Below are positions 21,813-32,864 of a stretch of DNA of 64,000 nt, piece by piece. The stretch lies in the NCBI GenBank assembly GCA_963740185.1, contig CAVUDH010000001.1, positions 386,839 to 450,838 on the forward strand, written 5' to 3'. A program made the position numbers and the translations under genes. Numbering within the stretch: the first letter of the stretch is position 1; every line of letters starts with the position of its first letter. The DNA comes from an uncultured Verrucomicrobiae bacterium (GTDB lineage Bacteria; Verrucomicrobiota; Verrucomicrobiia; Chthoniobacterales; JAATET01). Under the pieces are notes generated by a model. The model made no database searches and had not been told where the DNA came from. It worked only from the letters and a program-made list of their open reading frames with translations.

Positions 21813-22646
21813 ATGACGACGCTCGAAGTTCTAAACGCCGCCGCCTCCTACCTGGCCAGGCACGACATCGAGTCCCCCCGCCTGAACGCCGAGCACCTCC
21901 TCGCTCACTCGCTCGGCAAGAAACGCCTCGACCTCTACCTCGAGTTCGACCGCCCGCTCAGCGAAGCCGAACGCGCCCCCCTCCGCGAACTCATCCGCCG
22001 ACGCGGCGGCGGTCACCCGCTCCAGCACCTGCTCGGCACCACCGAATTCCACGGCCACGAATTTCTCACCGACCCCCGCGCCCTCATCCCCCGCCCCGAA
22101 ACCGAACATCTCGTCGAACTCACCAAATCCAAAATCCAAAATCCAAAATCCAAAATTGCCGACATCGGCACCGGCAGCGGAGTCATCGCGATCACCCTCG
22201 CCCTCGCCCTCCCCAACGCCACCATCTACGCCACCGACCTCAGCCCCGACGCCCTCACCCTCGCCCGGGAAAACGCCACCCGCCTCGCCGCCACCAACGT
22301 CACTTTTCACGCCGTCGATCTCCTTCCACCCGGCGACGCCCGCTACGACGCCATCGTCGCCAACCTCCCCTACATCCCCGCCGCCGAGGTCGCCTCACTT
22401 TCCCGCGAGGTCCAGCACGACCCCACCGCCGCCCTCGACGGCGGTCCCGACGGCCTCGATCCCATCCGCCGTCTGATTGATCTCGCTCCCGCCCGCCTGA
22501 CCCCCGGCGGACACCTCTTCCTCGAGATCGGCCACGACCAATCCGACCGCGTCATCGACCTCTGCCTGACCGCCGGATTCGCCACCGCCACCGCTCTCCC
22601 TGACCTCGCCGACGTCCCCCGCTTCATCGTGGCCGCCGCAACCTGA
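21813..22646 (+). CDS. prmC: Release-factor glutamine N5-methyltransferase
   Basis: PRPETE, DIGTGSGVIA (SAM binding), NLPY (NPPY-type) motif. Follows prfA. Confidence 0.88.
   Translation: MTTLEVLNAAASYLARHDIESPRLNAEHLLAHSLGKKRLDLYLEFDRPLSEAERAPLRELIRRRGGGHPLQHLLGTTEFHGHEFLTDPRALIPRPETEHLVELTKSKIQNPKSKIADIGTGSGVIAITLALALPNATIYATDLSPDALTLARENATRLAATNVTFHAVDLLPPGDARYDAIVANLPYIPAAEVASLSREVQHDPTAALDGGPDGLDPIRRLIDLAPARLTPGGHLFLEIGHDQSDRVIDLCLTAGFATATALPDLADVPRFIVAAAT
22125..22159. repeat. Heptamer array (AAATCCA x4 + AAATTGC) translated as KSKIQNPKSKI
   Basis: Preceded by CTCACC. Encodes the variable linker before the DIGTGSG motif of prmC. Confidence 0.85.
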
Positions 22647-22686
22647 AGCACGCACCACCCCACCCAGAGCCGATTCCGCTGCGACC

Positions 22687-23787
22687 ATGGACTCACCCGC
22701 TCCCCCGAACTCCGCCCCCCCCCCTCCGCCGCACGACTGGCTCCTCCGCCGCTGCGCACTCACCCTCACGATCCTCAGCGTCTTTTACACCCTGTATTTC
22801 GTCCGCGCGCTCATCCTGCCCCTTTTCCTCGCGATCCTCCTCAGTTTCCTCCTCTCGCCCCTCGTCCGTTTCCTGAAGCAAAGCCTCGGAGTCCCCAACG
22901 GCCTTGGAGCCAGCGGCATCCTCCTCTCGCTGGTTGGCCTCATCGCCGTCGCCGTTGTCTTTGCCATCCAACCCGCCAGCGACTGGTTACAGACCATCCC
23001 CTCCCGCCTACCCGAGCTCAGGCATCAACTCAGCGAGCTGAAAGTCCCCTTCGCCAAGTTCACCGAAGCCACCCAGCAGGTTCAGGATATGACCGCCATC
23101 ACCGAAGAGTCGGAACGGGTGGTCCAGGTTGCGACCCAACCCCTCAGCACCGTCGTCATGATGCAGACCCCGGTCTTCCTCGCGAACCTCGTCCTGATGT
23201 TCATCCTCCTCTACTTCCTCCTCGCCTCCGGCGACACCTTCCTCCGCAAACTCGTCCAGGCCGTTCCAAAATTCGAAGACAAACGTCGCACCGTCGAGAT
23301 CGCGCACGAGGTCGAGCAACGGATCGCCCGCTACCTCGGCGCCATCACGCTCATCAACCTCGGCCTCGGCATCACGATCGGTTTCGCCTCCTGGTGGGTC
23401 GGCTTCAACAACCCCTTCCTCTGGGGATTTCTCGCCTTCGCGCTCAACTACATTCCCTACCTCGGCGCCATCATCGGTTCCCTCATCGCGCTCATCGCCG
23501 GACTCCTCACCTTTCCCGAGCCCAGCCAGGCCCTCGCCCTTCCCGCCGTCTACGTCGCCTGCAACGTCGTCGAAGGCAATCTCATCACCCCCCTGCTCGT
23601 CAGCCGCATCCTCACCCTCAACCCCGTCGTCGTCTTCGTCTCGATCATGTTCTGGGGCTGGCTGTGGAACATCCCCGGAGCTCTCCTCGCCGTTCCCATT
23701 CTCGCCGCCATCAAGATCGTCTGCGACCACGTCGACGGGCTGAACCCAATCGGGAGCTTCATCGGCGGCGACCCGAAGAGCGATTAA
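22687..23787 (+). CDS. AI-2E (PerM/UPF0118) family transporter
   Basis: 366-aa polytopic protein. C-terminal half with ..NYIPYLGAIIG......L....P..A....V......EGNLITPLLV... typical of the family. Confidence 0.8.
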   Translation: MDSPAPPNSAPPPPPHDWLLRRCALTLTILSVFYTLYFVRALILPLFLAILLSFLLSPLVRFLKQSLGVPNGLGASGILLSLVGLIAVAVVFAIQPASDWLQTIPSRLPELRHQLSELKVPFAKFTEATQQVQDMTAITEESERVVQVATQPLSTVVMMQTPVFLANLVLMFILLYFLLASGDTFLRKLVQAVPKFEDKRRTVEIAHEVEQRIARYLGAITLINLGLGITIGFASWWVGFNNPFLWGFLAFALNYIPYLGAIIGSLIALIAGLLTFPEPSQALALPAVYVACNVVEGNLITPLLVSRILTLNPVVVFVSIMFWGWLWNIPGALLAVPILAAIKIVCDHVDGLNPIGSFIGGDPKSD

Positions 23788-23789
23788 CG

Positions 23790-23831
23790 CCATTTCTCAT
23801 CCCGCATTCCACATTCCTCATTTCTCATTCC
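23790..23831. repeat. Heptamer array (CCATTTC TCATCCC GCATTCC ACATTCC TCATTTC TCATTCC)
   Basis: Six 7-nt units between the AI-2E stop and the next ATG. Confidence 0.85.
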
Positions 23832-23857
23832 ACCGAACTCATTGTATTGAATGGGCC

Positions 23858-24241
23858 ATGGTCAAAAAACTTCTGCACACCCGCTACCGCGTTTCCGACA
23901 TCGACCTCGCCATCGGATTCTACCGCGACGTCCTCGGACTCGAGCAAACCCGCCGCTCCACCAGCCCTCGCGGCTCGGAACTCGTCTTCTTCAAAGCCCC
24001 CGGTAGCGAGGAGGAAATCGAAATTTGCAAATTCGACGAGAGCGGTCCCGTGCAGGTCGGCCCCGACCTCACCCACCTCGCCTTCGAAGTCGACGATATC
24101 GAAGCCTTCGCCGCCCACTCGGAGAAACTCGGCTTCCCGCTCAGCGATGGACCCACCAAGACCTCCAGCGGATCCGTCATTGCCTTCATCGACGCGCCCG
24201 ACGGCTACGAAATCGAGTTGATTCAACCCGCGTCCAACTGA
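23858..24241 (+). CDS. VOC-family protein, glyoxalase I-like
   Basis: 127 aa. LLHT.YRV.D.D.AI.FY..VLG... and ..HLAFEVDDI... with a ..YEIELIQ end. Confidence 0.78.
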   Translation: MVKKLLHTRYRVSDIDLAIGFYRDVLGLEQTRRSTSPRGSELVFFKAPGSEEEIEICKFDESGPVQVGPDLTHLAFEVDDIEAFAAHSEKLGFPLSDGPTKTSSGSVIAFIDAPDGYEIELIQPASN

Positions 24242-24386
24242 GCAACTCTCAGTTGAACCCAAAAAGACAGCCCGGTCAGGCCCTCGTCCCCAAGACTCCC
24301 CCAAATCTTGGGAACACCCCCTCCCGACCGGACTGCTTTCTGAATACACCCGCTCAGATAGCAGTCACCGTGCCAACTCCATCCCG

Positions 24387-24824
24387 ATGAAATCCTGCGT
24401 CCGATCACCCCGCTTCTGGTGGGCTCTCTTCGTCGGGTGGCTGCTCACGGTCTGCGTCCTGTCGTCCATTCCCGGAAATCAATTCCGCACCACCGACCTG
24501 CCGAACGCCGACAAGTTCGTCCACGTCGCTATCTTCCTCACCGGCGCGGGTTTGCTCACCTTCGCCCTCCGCACCGGCACCGCCTGGTCGACCGCCCGCA
24601 TCGCCATCCTCACCTTCCTCGCCCTCTCCGCGTTCGCAATCGCCGACGAATTTCACCAGACCTTCACCCCGCACCGCAGCGGCGCCGACGTCGGCGACCT
24701 CATCGCCGACACCATCGGCACCCTCCTTGGCGTCATTCTCGCACTCACGATTCATGCCCAGCTCAAAAACAGACAGCGCCCCAAAGCAACTCTCGGAACT
24801 CCGAGCCCGGATCCAGCGGCATAA
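24387..24824 (+). CDS. VanZ-like membrane protein
   Basis: Four TM helices with DKFVH and ADEFHQ.F.P.R....DL.AD motifs. The 3' end overlaps the ligA start by ~70 nt. Confidence 0.72.
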   Translation: MKSCVRSPRFWWALFVGWLLTVCVLSSIPGNQFRTTDLPNADKFVHVAIFLTGAGLLTFALRTGTAWSTARIAILTFLALSAFAIADEFHQTFTPHRSGADVGDLIADTIGTLLGVILALTIHAQLKNRQRPKATLGTPSPDPAA

Positions 24825-27002
24825 CGCGCTCTACCACGAGCAGGCCGCCCCCGAGATTACCGACCAGCAATACGACGCGCTCTACGCCGCGCTCGTCGCC
24901 CTCGAAGCCGCGCACCCCAATCTCGTCACCGCCGACTCGCCGACTCAGACCGTCGGCGGCCACGCCATCCTCGACGCCTTCCAGCCCGCCCAGCACCTCG
25001 TCCGGATGCAGAGCCTGGACAACACCTACTCCGAAGCCGAAGTCGCCGAATTCGTCCGCCGCATGCAGCGCCTCCTCCCCGGCGAAGACATTCCGCTCAC
25101 CGTCGAACCCAAGGTCGACGGCGTCGCGATCTCCCTCCTCTACGAAGGCGGAAAATTCGTCCGCGCCGTGACCCGCGGCGACGGCACCACCGGCGACGAC
25201 GTCACCGGCAACGCCCGCACCATCCGCTCGATTCCCGACACCCTCCTCGGCCCGGCCCCGGATCGCATCGAAATCCGCGGCGAAATCTACCTGCCAAAAA
25301 CCGAGTTCGTTCGCGTCAACGCCGAACGCGACGAAGCGGGTCTCCCCGCCTTCGCCAACCCTCGCAACACCGCCGCCGGCACGCTGAAACAGCTCGACTC
25401 CCGCGTCGCCGCCTCGCGCAACCTCGGGGCCGTCTTCTACGGATTCGGCCTCATCGAAGGCGACGCCCCCGGCACGCAATCCGCTTTCATGGATTGGCTC
25501 AAAAGTGCCGGCCTCCCCACTACCGAATGGCAGCGCCTGACCACCACCATCGACGAAACCCTCGCGGCCATCCGCGAACTCGGCCACGTCCGCCATGACT
25601 TTGTCTTCGAAACCGACGGAGCCGTCCTCAAAGCCAACCACCTCGAGCAGCAACGCGCCCTCGGCTCCACCAGCAAAGCCCCGCGCTGGGCGATGGCCTA
25701 CAAGTACGAATCCGAGCAAGCCGAGACCCGCCTCCACGACATCACCGTCCAGGTCGGCCGCACCGGCGTCCTCACCCCCGTGGCGGAACTCGATCCCGTC
25801 ACCGTGAGCGGCAGCAACGTCGCCCGCGCGACCCTGCACAACGAAGAAGAGATCGCCCGCAAAGACATCCGCATCGGCGACACCGTCGTCATCGAAAAGG
25901 CCGGCGAAGTCATCCCCGCCGTCATCCGCGTCCGCACCGACCTTCGCACCGGCGACGAACGCACGTTCGAGATGCCCACCCACTGCCCCGCCTGCAACGA
26001 CCCCGTCGTGCGGGAAGACGGCTTCGTCGCCGTTCGCTGCGTCAATCTCCACTGCCCCGCGCAAACCACGCGCCTGCTCGAGCACTTCGCGATGCGCGGC
26101 GCGCTCGACATCGAAGGCCTCGGAGACAAGGTCGCCCTCACCCTCGTCGAGCGCGGCCTCGCCCGCTCACCGCTCGATCTCTTCGACCTCACGCTCGACG
26201 TCCTCGGCCCGCTCAACCTCGGCACCACCGAAGAGCCCCGCACCTTCGGCGAAAAGAACGCCCGCAAGCTCCTCGACGCCCTCGAACGAGCCCGGACCGC
26301 CCCGCTCTGGCGCTGGCTTTTCGCCCTCGCCATCCCCGACATCGGCGCCGTCACCGCCCGCGACATCGGCGAACTCCACCCCGACCTCGCCGCCGTCGCC
26401 AACTCCGAAATCCTCCGCGACACCGTCCGCCTCCACGCGCTCAACGAACAAATCACCCGCGAAAATCCCGCCAGCCGCTCCCACAAGGATCTCCCAAAGG
26501 AAGAACGCGAAGCGATGAAGCCCGCTTGGGAAACCCTCAAGCAAACCGCCGACGAACTCGCCGAAAAACTCATCGCCGCTCACGCCGCTTCACCATCCAA
26601 GGCCCAGGGCAAGGCTCCCCGCGACGCCAACACCCGGATCGGCCCCGTCGCCGCGACCGCCGCACTCCGATGGTTCGAGAGCGAACCCGGCCGCCAACTC
26701 CTCGCCAAGCTCACCGCCCACGGCATCAACCCGGTCGCCGAACCGCCCACCACCGCCGAATCCACCGACGGTTGCCGTTCACCGGAAAAACCTTCGTCAT
26801 CACCGGCACCCTCAGTCAGCCCCGCGACGAGATCGCCGACGCGATTCGCCAACACGGCGGCAAAGTCACCGGCTCGGTCAGCGCAAAAACCGACTACCTC
26901 GTCGCCGGCAACGAAGCCGGCAGCAAACTCGAAAAGGCTCAAAAGCTCGGCCTCAAAATCCTCGACGAGCCAGCGTTCCAAAAGTTGCTCAACCCGTCTT
27001 AA
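24754..27002 (+). CDS. ligA: NAD-dependent DNA ligase, frame break (missing base) near 26771-26773
   Basis: Adenylation motif [13 protein letters not shown]/Zn finger CPACN...C.N..CPAQ, HhH repeats. The BRCT domain ([14 protein letters not shown]...) is in the next frame (ORF 26526-27002). Confidence 0.9.
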
Positions 27003-27052
27003 TTCCTTTCACCCTCTGCGGAATCCGCGAAATCTGCGGTCAAATCACCTCA

Positions 27053-28270
27053 TGCCCACCGTCCAATCACGCTACGCCACCTCCGTCGTCCCCACCTACG
27101 GTCGCTTCGACCTCGTCATCGAGCGCGGCAGCGGGTCCCGCGTCTGGGACGACGCCGGACGCGAATTTCTCGACTTCGGCGGCGGCATCGCCGTCTGCTC
27201 GCTCGGCCACGCCCATCCCCGCGTCACCGCCGCCGTCACCGCCCAGGCCGCCACCCTCGTTCACACGTCGAACCTCTACTACACCCGCCCGCAGATCGAT
27301 CTCGCCGAACGCCTCGTCGACGCCGTCGGCACGCCGGGGAAAATTTTCTGCTGCAACAGCGGCGCCGAAGCCAACGAAGGCCTCATCAAGACGGCCCGCC
27401 GCTTCGGCAGCGCCACCTCCCGCCACCACATCATCACCTTCACCGGCTCCTTTCACGGCCGCACCATGGCTGGGATTTCCGCCACGGGTCAGGACAAGGT
27501 GAAAACCGATTTCGGCCCACTCCTCGACGGCTTCACCCACGTTCCGCTCGGCGACCTTGCCGCCGTCCGCGCCTCCATCACTCCCCACACCGCCGCCATC
27601 CTCATCGAGCCCATCCAAGGCGAAGGCGGCATCCATCCCGCCGAGGGAAAATTCCTCACCGACCTCCGCGCCCTCTGCGATCAACACGACCTGCTCCTCC
27701 TCTTCGACGAGGTCCAGTGCGGCCTCGGCCGCACCGGCCATTACAGTGGCTGGCACGCCATCCCCGGTGCCACCGACGTCGTCCCGGACGGCATCAGTTG
27801 GGCCAAAGGCATCGCGAACGGTTTCCCGCTCGGCGCGTTCTGGATCCGCGACCGCCCCACCGGCAAAGATCGCGGCGCCCTCTGCGACCTCCTCGGTCCC
27901 GGCTCCCACGGCACCACCTACGGCGGCAATCCCGTTGCCTGCGCCGCCGCCCTCGCCGTGTTCGATGAGATCGAGGAAAAGCAACTCCTCGCCCACGTCC
28001 GCATGCTGGGAGCCATCTTCGCCGAAGCCCTTGCCGACCTCGACTCCCCGCACATCACCGACATCCGCGCCCTCGGCCTCATGATCGGTGTCGAACTCAC
28101 CCCCGACGATCCCGCGCTCGGAGCGCTGGCCATGACCAAAAAACTCATGGCCGCCCGGCCTCCTCGTCGTCCCCGCCGGCGCCCACACCATCCGCTTCCT
28201 CCCCCCACTCAACGTCTCCGCCGAAGACATCGCGAAGGCCGTCCAAATCCTCGCCACCACCATCGGGTAG
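27053..28270 (+). CDS. argD: Acetylornithine/succinyldiaminopimelate aminotransferase, frame break at 28154-28156
   Basis: Class-III aminotransferase: FCNSGAEANEG, GSFHGRT, LLLFDEVQCGLGRTG, WAKGIANGFPLGA (PLP Lys). Deleting one C restores the ..KLMAAGLLVVPAGAHTIRFLPPLNVS.. tail. Confidence 0.88.
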
Positions 28271-28271
28271 C

Positions 28272-28349
28272 ACAGGCATCCTGCCTGTCGCGCCGGGCTT
28301 CCAGCCCGGCGCATTGCACGCAAGTGCACCCCGCGGAGCGGCAAACACC
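28272..28349. repeat. REP-like triple-hairpin element, copy 2
   Basis: ACAGGCA-tcc-TGCCTGT, GCGCCGGGCT-tcc-AGCCCGGCGC, TGCAC-gcaa-GTGCA, then CCCGCGGAGCGGCAA. Confidence 0.78.
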
Positions 28350-28370
28350 AATATCCCCACCGACCCGCCC

Positions 28371-29102
28371 ATGGCCCCGCCACCACTCACACCCGCCCGC
28401 CGCCCCCTCCTGCGGGTCGCCATCGCCTGCAGCCTCGGCCTTCTCCTCCCGCTCATCGGCGTTCTCTGCGGCATTGCCGGAGCCTTCGATCACATCACCG
28501 ACCTCCGCGACATCGGCTGGTGGCTTGCCCCCGCCTATCTCGTCATCGGTGGCATCGTCGTCGGCCTCGCACTCGTCCCCTCCCACCTGACATCACTTCT
28601 GGCCGGGCTTCTCTTCGGCTTCACCACCGGTCTCCCCGTCGCCACCGGAATCGTGCTCATCGGAGTCCTCATCGGTTACTCGGTCGGTCGGCGCTACGCC
28701 GGCGACGATCTACGAGCCCTCGTCGACCGCTCCCGCTGGGGACGACGACTGGCAACGGCCTTGATCGACGCGACCACCGGACGAGCGATCGTGGTCGTCG
28801 CACTCGCCCGCCTGCCGCCGCAGATGCCCTTCGCCATGGGCAACGTTCTCGCGGCCAGCAGCGGCGTCCGACGGATCCCACTCGTCATCGGCACCGCCCT
28901 CGGCATGACCCCTCGAATCGGACTCGTCGTCTGGATCGGGGCCGAGCTCTCGACGTGGACCCCCGGAACCCCGATTCCCGTCGGCCTGGGCTGGGCCATC
29001 GGCAGCGCCATCGTTGGATTCGGCGGCCTCGCACTCTGGAGTTGGTGGCTACTCCGGCACTCGAACGATCCCGGCGAACCCGAAAAAGCCGTCACTTCCT
29101 GA
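28371..29102 (+). CDS. TVP38/TMEM64 (DedA-related) family membrane protein
   Basis: Polytopic protein with VPSHLTSLLAGLLFGFTTG.......IGVLIGYSVGRR resembling the SNARE-associated/TVP38 signature. Confidence 0.68.
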   Translation: MAPPPLTPARRPLLRVAIACSLGLLLPLIGVLCGIAGAFDHITDLRDIGWWLAPAYLVIGGIVVGLALVPSHLTSLLAGLLFGFTTGLPVATGIVLIGVLIGYSVGRRYAGDDLRALVDRSRWGRRLATALIDATTGRAIVVVALARLPPQMPFAMGNVLAASSGVRRIPLVIGTALGMTPRIGLVVWIGAELSTWTPGTPIPVGLGWAIGSAIVGFGGLALWSWWLLRHSNDPGEPEKAVTS

Positions 29103-29107
29103 CCCCG

Positions 29108-30193
29108 TCACTGCGGGGCAGCTTCGTCACCAGACAGCCGGTCCAGCAAGTCCCGCACTGCCTCCATCCCGACCCCGTCCCGGGCCACCACGGGCAACGT
29201 CTCGACCTTGGGAAAGCGTTCGCGGAAAGCCGCCAGCTTCTCGTCCGCCCCGGGTACGTCCATTTTGTTCGCAATCACGACCCAGGGCCGATCCGTCAGC
29301 GTCGCGTCGTAAAGCTTCAGCTCGCGCCGCAGATTTTCCAAATCACTGACCGGCTCCCGCCCCTCCGAGCCCGCCATGTCGACGACGAACATCAGCATCT
29401 GACAGCGCACGATGTGCCGCAGAAACTCGTGACCCAACCCCTTGTCCGCGTGCGCCCCGTCGATCAATCCGGGAATGTCCGCCACCGTCACGCGTCGATA
29501 CCCACCGAGTTCCACCACGCCGACCACCGGGTTCAAGGTCGTGAAGGGATAGGACGCCACCCGCGGATGCGCCGCTGAGAGCTGCGAGATCAAAGTCGAT
29601 TTCCCCGCGTTCGGGTAACCGACCAGGCCCGCGAACGCGATCGTCTGGAGCTCCAAAATGTACCACCCCTGTTCACCCAAATCACCGGGATTGAACTGCC
29701 GTGGAACCCGGTTTCGGGAACTCTTAAAACGGGTATTGCCCCGCCCCCCCTTGCCGCCCTCGCACAGCACAAATTCCTGATCCGGCTCGGACAGATCCAT
29801 GATCGGCTCCATGTCCTTGATTTCCAATTTCTCCTTCCTCGGCGCGACCGCCTCCTCGTCCGTGGGATCCGGAGTAAACGGCTTGAAACGATCCGGCATC
29901 TCGTAGACGAGCGTCCCCACGGGGACCTTCACGATCCGGGATTCGCCCGACTTCCCGTGCTTGTTTTTCCCCAGCCCATGCCCGCCACGCTGCGCGCGAA
30001 CGATGGGTTCGTAATAGAGCGAGATGAGATTATCGGTGTGAACGTCCGCCTTCAGAATCACGTCGCCGCCGTTCCCGCCGTCGCCACCATCCGGGCCGCC
30101 CTTGGGTACGAATTTCTCTCGCCGAAAACTCACGCACCCCTTCCCCCCATCGCCCGCAATCGCGTGCACCCGAATCTGATCGACAAATTTCAC
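29108..30193 (-). CDS. obg: GTPase Obg/CgtA
   Basis: MKFVDQ..V...AGDGG.G.VSFRREKF.PKGGPDGGDGG.GG.V Obg fold. G1 GYPNAGKST, G3 DIPGLI. Confidence 0.93.
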   Translation of the reverse strand: MKFVDQIRVHAIAGDGGKGCVSFRREKFVPKGGPDGGDGGNGGDVILKADVHTDNLISLYYEPIVRAQRGGHGLGKNKHGKSGESRIVKVPVGTLVYEMPDRFKPFTPDPTDEEAVAPRKEKLEIKDMEPIMDLSEPDQEFVLCEGGKGGRGNTRFKSSRNRVPRQFNPGDLGEQGWYILELQTIAFAGLVGYPNAGKSTLISQLSAAHPRVASYPFTTLNPVVGVVELGGYRRVTVADIPGLIDGAHADKGLGHEFLRHIVRCQMLMFVVDMAGSEGREPVSDLENLRRELKLYDATLTDRPWVVIANKMDVPGADEKLAAFRERFPKVETLPVVARDGVGMEAVRDLLDRLSGDEAAPQ

Positions 30194-30291
30194 GCGTCTT
30201 ATGTCTCACGCAAAGCCGCGATGCCGCGAAGGAATTCAGCCAGACATCGGATATAAAATCTCCGCGCCCTCCACGCCTCCGCGTGAAAAAA

Positions 30292-31494
30292 TCACTCCAC
30301 CAACGACCGATACAACTCCACCGTCCGCTCCGCGATCGCGTCCCACCCGAACGTCTCCTCCGCGCGCCTCCGTCCCGCCTTCCCCATGGCCGCCTGCTTC
30401 TCCGGATCGCCCATCACCGAATTCACCGCCGCCGCCAACGCCTTCGCAAAAATTTCCGGGTCCCGCGGCTCGAACGGACTCTCGTCCATCTGATCCAGCG
30501 GCACGAGAATCCCCGTCTCGCCGTCGACCACGACCTCCTTGATTCCCCCCACCGCACTCGCGACCACCGCCGTGTCGCACGCCATCGCCTCGAGGTTGAT
30601 GATCCCGAACGGCTCGTAAATCGAAGGGCAAACGAACACCCCCGCGTTGCTGTAAAGCTCGATCTTCGTCGGCGTGTCGACCATCTCCTCGATCCACACG
30701 ATCCCGCCACGATCCTGCTGCGCCCGCGCGACCGCCGCCTTCATTTCCGTCGCGATCTCCGGCGTGTCCGGCGCGCCCGCGCACAACACGACTTGAAACC
30801 CCGGATCCATGTGCCGGATTGCGTTCACCAAGTGAATAATCCCCTTCTGCCGGGCAATCCGCCCGACGAACAGCGCGTAGGGCTGCGTCGGGTCGACACC
30901 CAATCGCTTCAGAGCCGCCGTGGAATCCGTGTGTTGATATTCGTTCAGATCGATCCCGTTGTAGATGATCGGGACCCGCTCTTCCGGGATGTCGAACAGT
31001 CGCAAAATATCCGCCCGGGTCTCCTTCGACACCGCGATCACCGCGTCCGCCATCTCCATCGTCGTCTTCTCGAGCCAGCTCGAAAAATCGTAGCCGCGCC
31101 CGAGTTGCTCCCGCTTCCAGGGCCGCAACGGCTCGAGGCTATGAACCGTCACCACCAGCGGAATCCCGTAATTCATCTTCGCCAACAACCCACCGAAGTG
31201 GGAATACCAAGTGTGGCAATGCACGAGATCCGCATCGATCCCCGCCGTGTTGAAATCCAAACACCGCTGCACCGCACCGAAAGCGGATCGCAATTCCTTC
31301 GGGCACTCCATCGCCGAACTATCGACCCCAAAACCCCGCGCCGTCAGCCGCCCCTCGGACGTGTCCTGATCGCCAAAACACCGCACCTCCACGTCCACGA
31401 ACTTCGCCAATCCCCGGCTCAAATAATCCACGTGAACCCCCGCCCCCCCGTAAATATTTGGCGGATACTCGTTGGAGAGGAGAAGAGCTTTCAT
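30292..31494 (-). CDS. glgA: GT4 glycogen synthase (Corynebacterium-type GlgA-like)
   Basis: MKALLLSNEYPPNIYGGAGVHV.YL...L. C-terminal E..G...LEAMA GT4 motif. Symbol is tentative. Confidence 0.72.
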   Translation of the reverse strand: MKALLLSNEYPPNIYGGAGVHVDYLSRGLAKFVDVEVRCFGDQDTSEGRLTARGFGVDSSAMECPKELRSAFGAVQRCLDFNTAGIDADLVHCHTWYSHFGGLLAKMNYGIPLVVTVHSLEPLRPWKREQLGRGYDFSSWLEKTTMEMADAVIAVSKETRADILRLFDIPEERVPIIYNGIDLNEYQHTDSTAALKRLGVDPTQPYALFVGRIARQKGIIHLVNAIRHMDPGFQVVLCAGAPDTPEIATEMKAAVARAQQDRGGIVWIEEMVDTPTKIELYSNAGVFVCPSIYEPFGIINLEAMACDTAVVASAVGGIKEVVVDGETGILVPLDQMDESPFEPRDPEIFAKALAAAVNSVMGDPEKQAAMGKAGRRRAEETFGWDAIAERTVELYRSLVE

Positions 31495-31622
31495 CGCCGT
31501 CGACGCTACCAGAGCAAACCCGCCATTTCCAAGCTCCCAGCCAGCCAGTATCCCCCATCCCCTCACGCTGGCTCGCAATTCCCTCGCCCCTCGCCGCCTC
31601 CCCGGGCAAAACCTTACCGGAC

Positions 31623-32864
31623 ATGCGCATCGTTTTCGCGTCCCTCGGCTCGCTGGGCGATCTCCATCCGCTTCTCGCGCTCGCCCGCACCGCCGCCGAC
31701 CGCAGCCACGTCCCGATCGTCGCCACTTCCATCGGCTTTCGCGATTACGTGATCGGCCTCGGGTTTGAGCATCGTTCCCTTCGCCCCGATTTCGATTTCG
31801 AACCCCAGCTCGTCGACCACCTCTTCCACCCGACCAGAGGCCCCGAGCGCCTGATGCGGGAGCAAGTGTTCCCAAACGTTCGCGCCACCTACGACGACCT
31901 CCTCGCCGCTACGTCAGACGCCGACCTCCTCGTCGTCGGCGAGCTTCTCTACGTCGCCCCACTCGTGGCCGCCACCCGGGACATCCCCTGGGCCAATGCC
32001 ATCCTTGCTCCCACGTCGTTCCTTTCCGCTGACGACCCCTGCATTCTCGCCCCGGCCCCGTGGCTCCACCCACTCCGACACCTCGGCCGCTGGCCGCACA
32101 AACTCACCTTCGCTCTCGGTCGCCTCGTCACCAACCGCTGGGGCAAACCGCTCGCCAGACTTCGCGCCGAACTCGGCCACCCACCGGCTCCCAGCCCCAT
32201 CTTCGACGCCAAACATTCCCCGCACCTCACCCTCGCGCTTTTTCCGGAATTCCTCGGCTCGCCCCAGGCTGATTGGCCCGGACAAACTGTTCAGACCGGT
32301 TTCCCCTTCTTCGAGCAACCCATCGCGGACGACATCGCCGATCGGCTCGCCAACTTTCAGTCAACCGGTCCAGCTCCTTTCGTCTTTACTCTCGGATCCT
32401 CTGTCGTGCACATCGCTCGGGATTTCTACCCCACCGCCGCCCGCGTCGCGCAACGCCTCGGCCACCGCGCCATCCTACTCACCGGGAGCAATCCCGCCCC
32501 ACCCGATCTCCCCCCGACGATCCTCGCCATCGACTACGCCCCCCTCGACCGCGTCCTCCCCGGAGCCTCCGCCGTCATCCACCAGGGCGGCATCGGCACC
32601 TGCGCCGAAGCCCTCCGTCACGGCGTGCCCTCGCTCATCATCCCCCACGGCTTCGATCAGCCGGACAATGCCGACCGCCTTCGCCGCCTGGGTGTCGCCC
32701 GCGTCCTCGCCCGTCACCGGGTTTCCGAGACCACCCTCGCCGACAAACTCACCAGCCTCCTTGCCACCCCCACGCCCAGTCTTGCCGAGCAGATCGATCC
32801 GGCCCACGACCTGTCCGACTCCCTCGACGCACTCGAGCGGATCGTCCGGCCCGCCGCCCGCTAG
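31623..32864 (+). CDS. GT1-family (MGT/UDP-glycosyltransferase-like) glycosyltransferase
   Basis: MRIVFASLGSLGDLHPLLALAR. C-terminal donor-binding HQGGIGT..EAL..GVP....P...DQ..NA. Confidence 0.75.
   Translation: MRIVFASLGSLGDLHPLLALARTAADRSHVPIVATSIGFRDYVIGLGFEHRSLRPDFDFEPQLVDHLFHPTRGPERLMREQVFPNVRATYDDLLAATSDADLLVVGELLYVAPLVAATRDIPWANAILAPTSFLSADDPCILAPAPWLHPLRHLGRWPHKLTFALGRLVTNRWGKPLARLRAELGHPPAPSPIFDAKHSPHLTLALFPEFLGSPQADWPGQTVQTGFPFFEQPIADDIADRLANFQSTGPAPFVFTLGSSVVHIARDFYPTAARVAQRLGHRAILLTGSNPAPPDLPPTILAIDYAPLDRVLPGASAVIHQGGIGTCAEALRHGVPSLIIPHGFDQPDNADRLRRLGVARVLARHRVSETTLADKLTSLLATPTPSLAEQIDPAHDLSDSLDALERIVRPAAR

Noticed and set aside
24727-28590. 1287-aa ORF that looks like a LigA-ArgD fusion protein.
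   Set aside because: The ligA reading frame really continues in another frame to the BRCT domain and stops at 27002. The giant ORF merely runs through the spacer into argD, which happens to share the frame. argD has its own ATG at 27053.
31458-31622. Upstream extension of the GT1 glycosyltransferase ORF.
   Set aside because: It overlaps the glgA start on the other strand and is low complexity. The conserved MRIVFASLGSLGD N-terminus starts at 31623.
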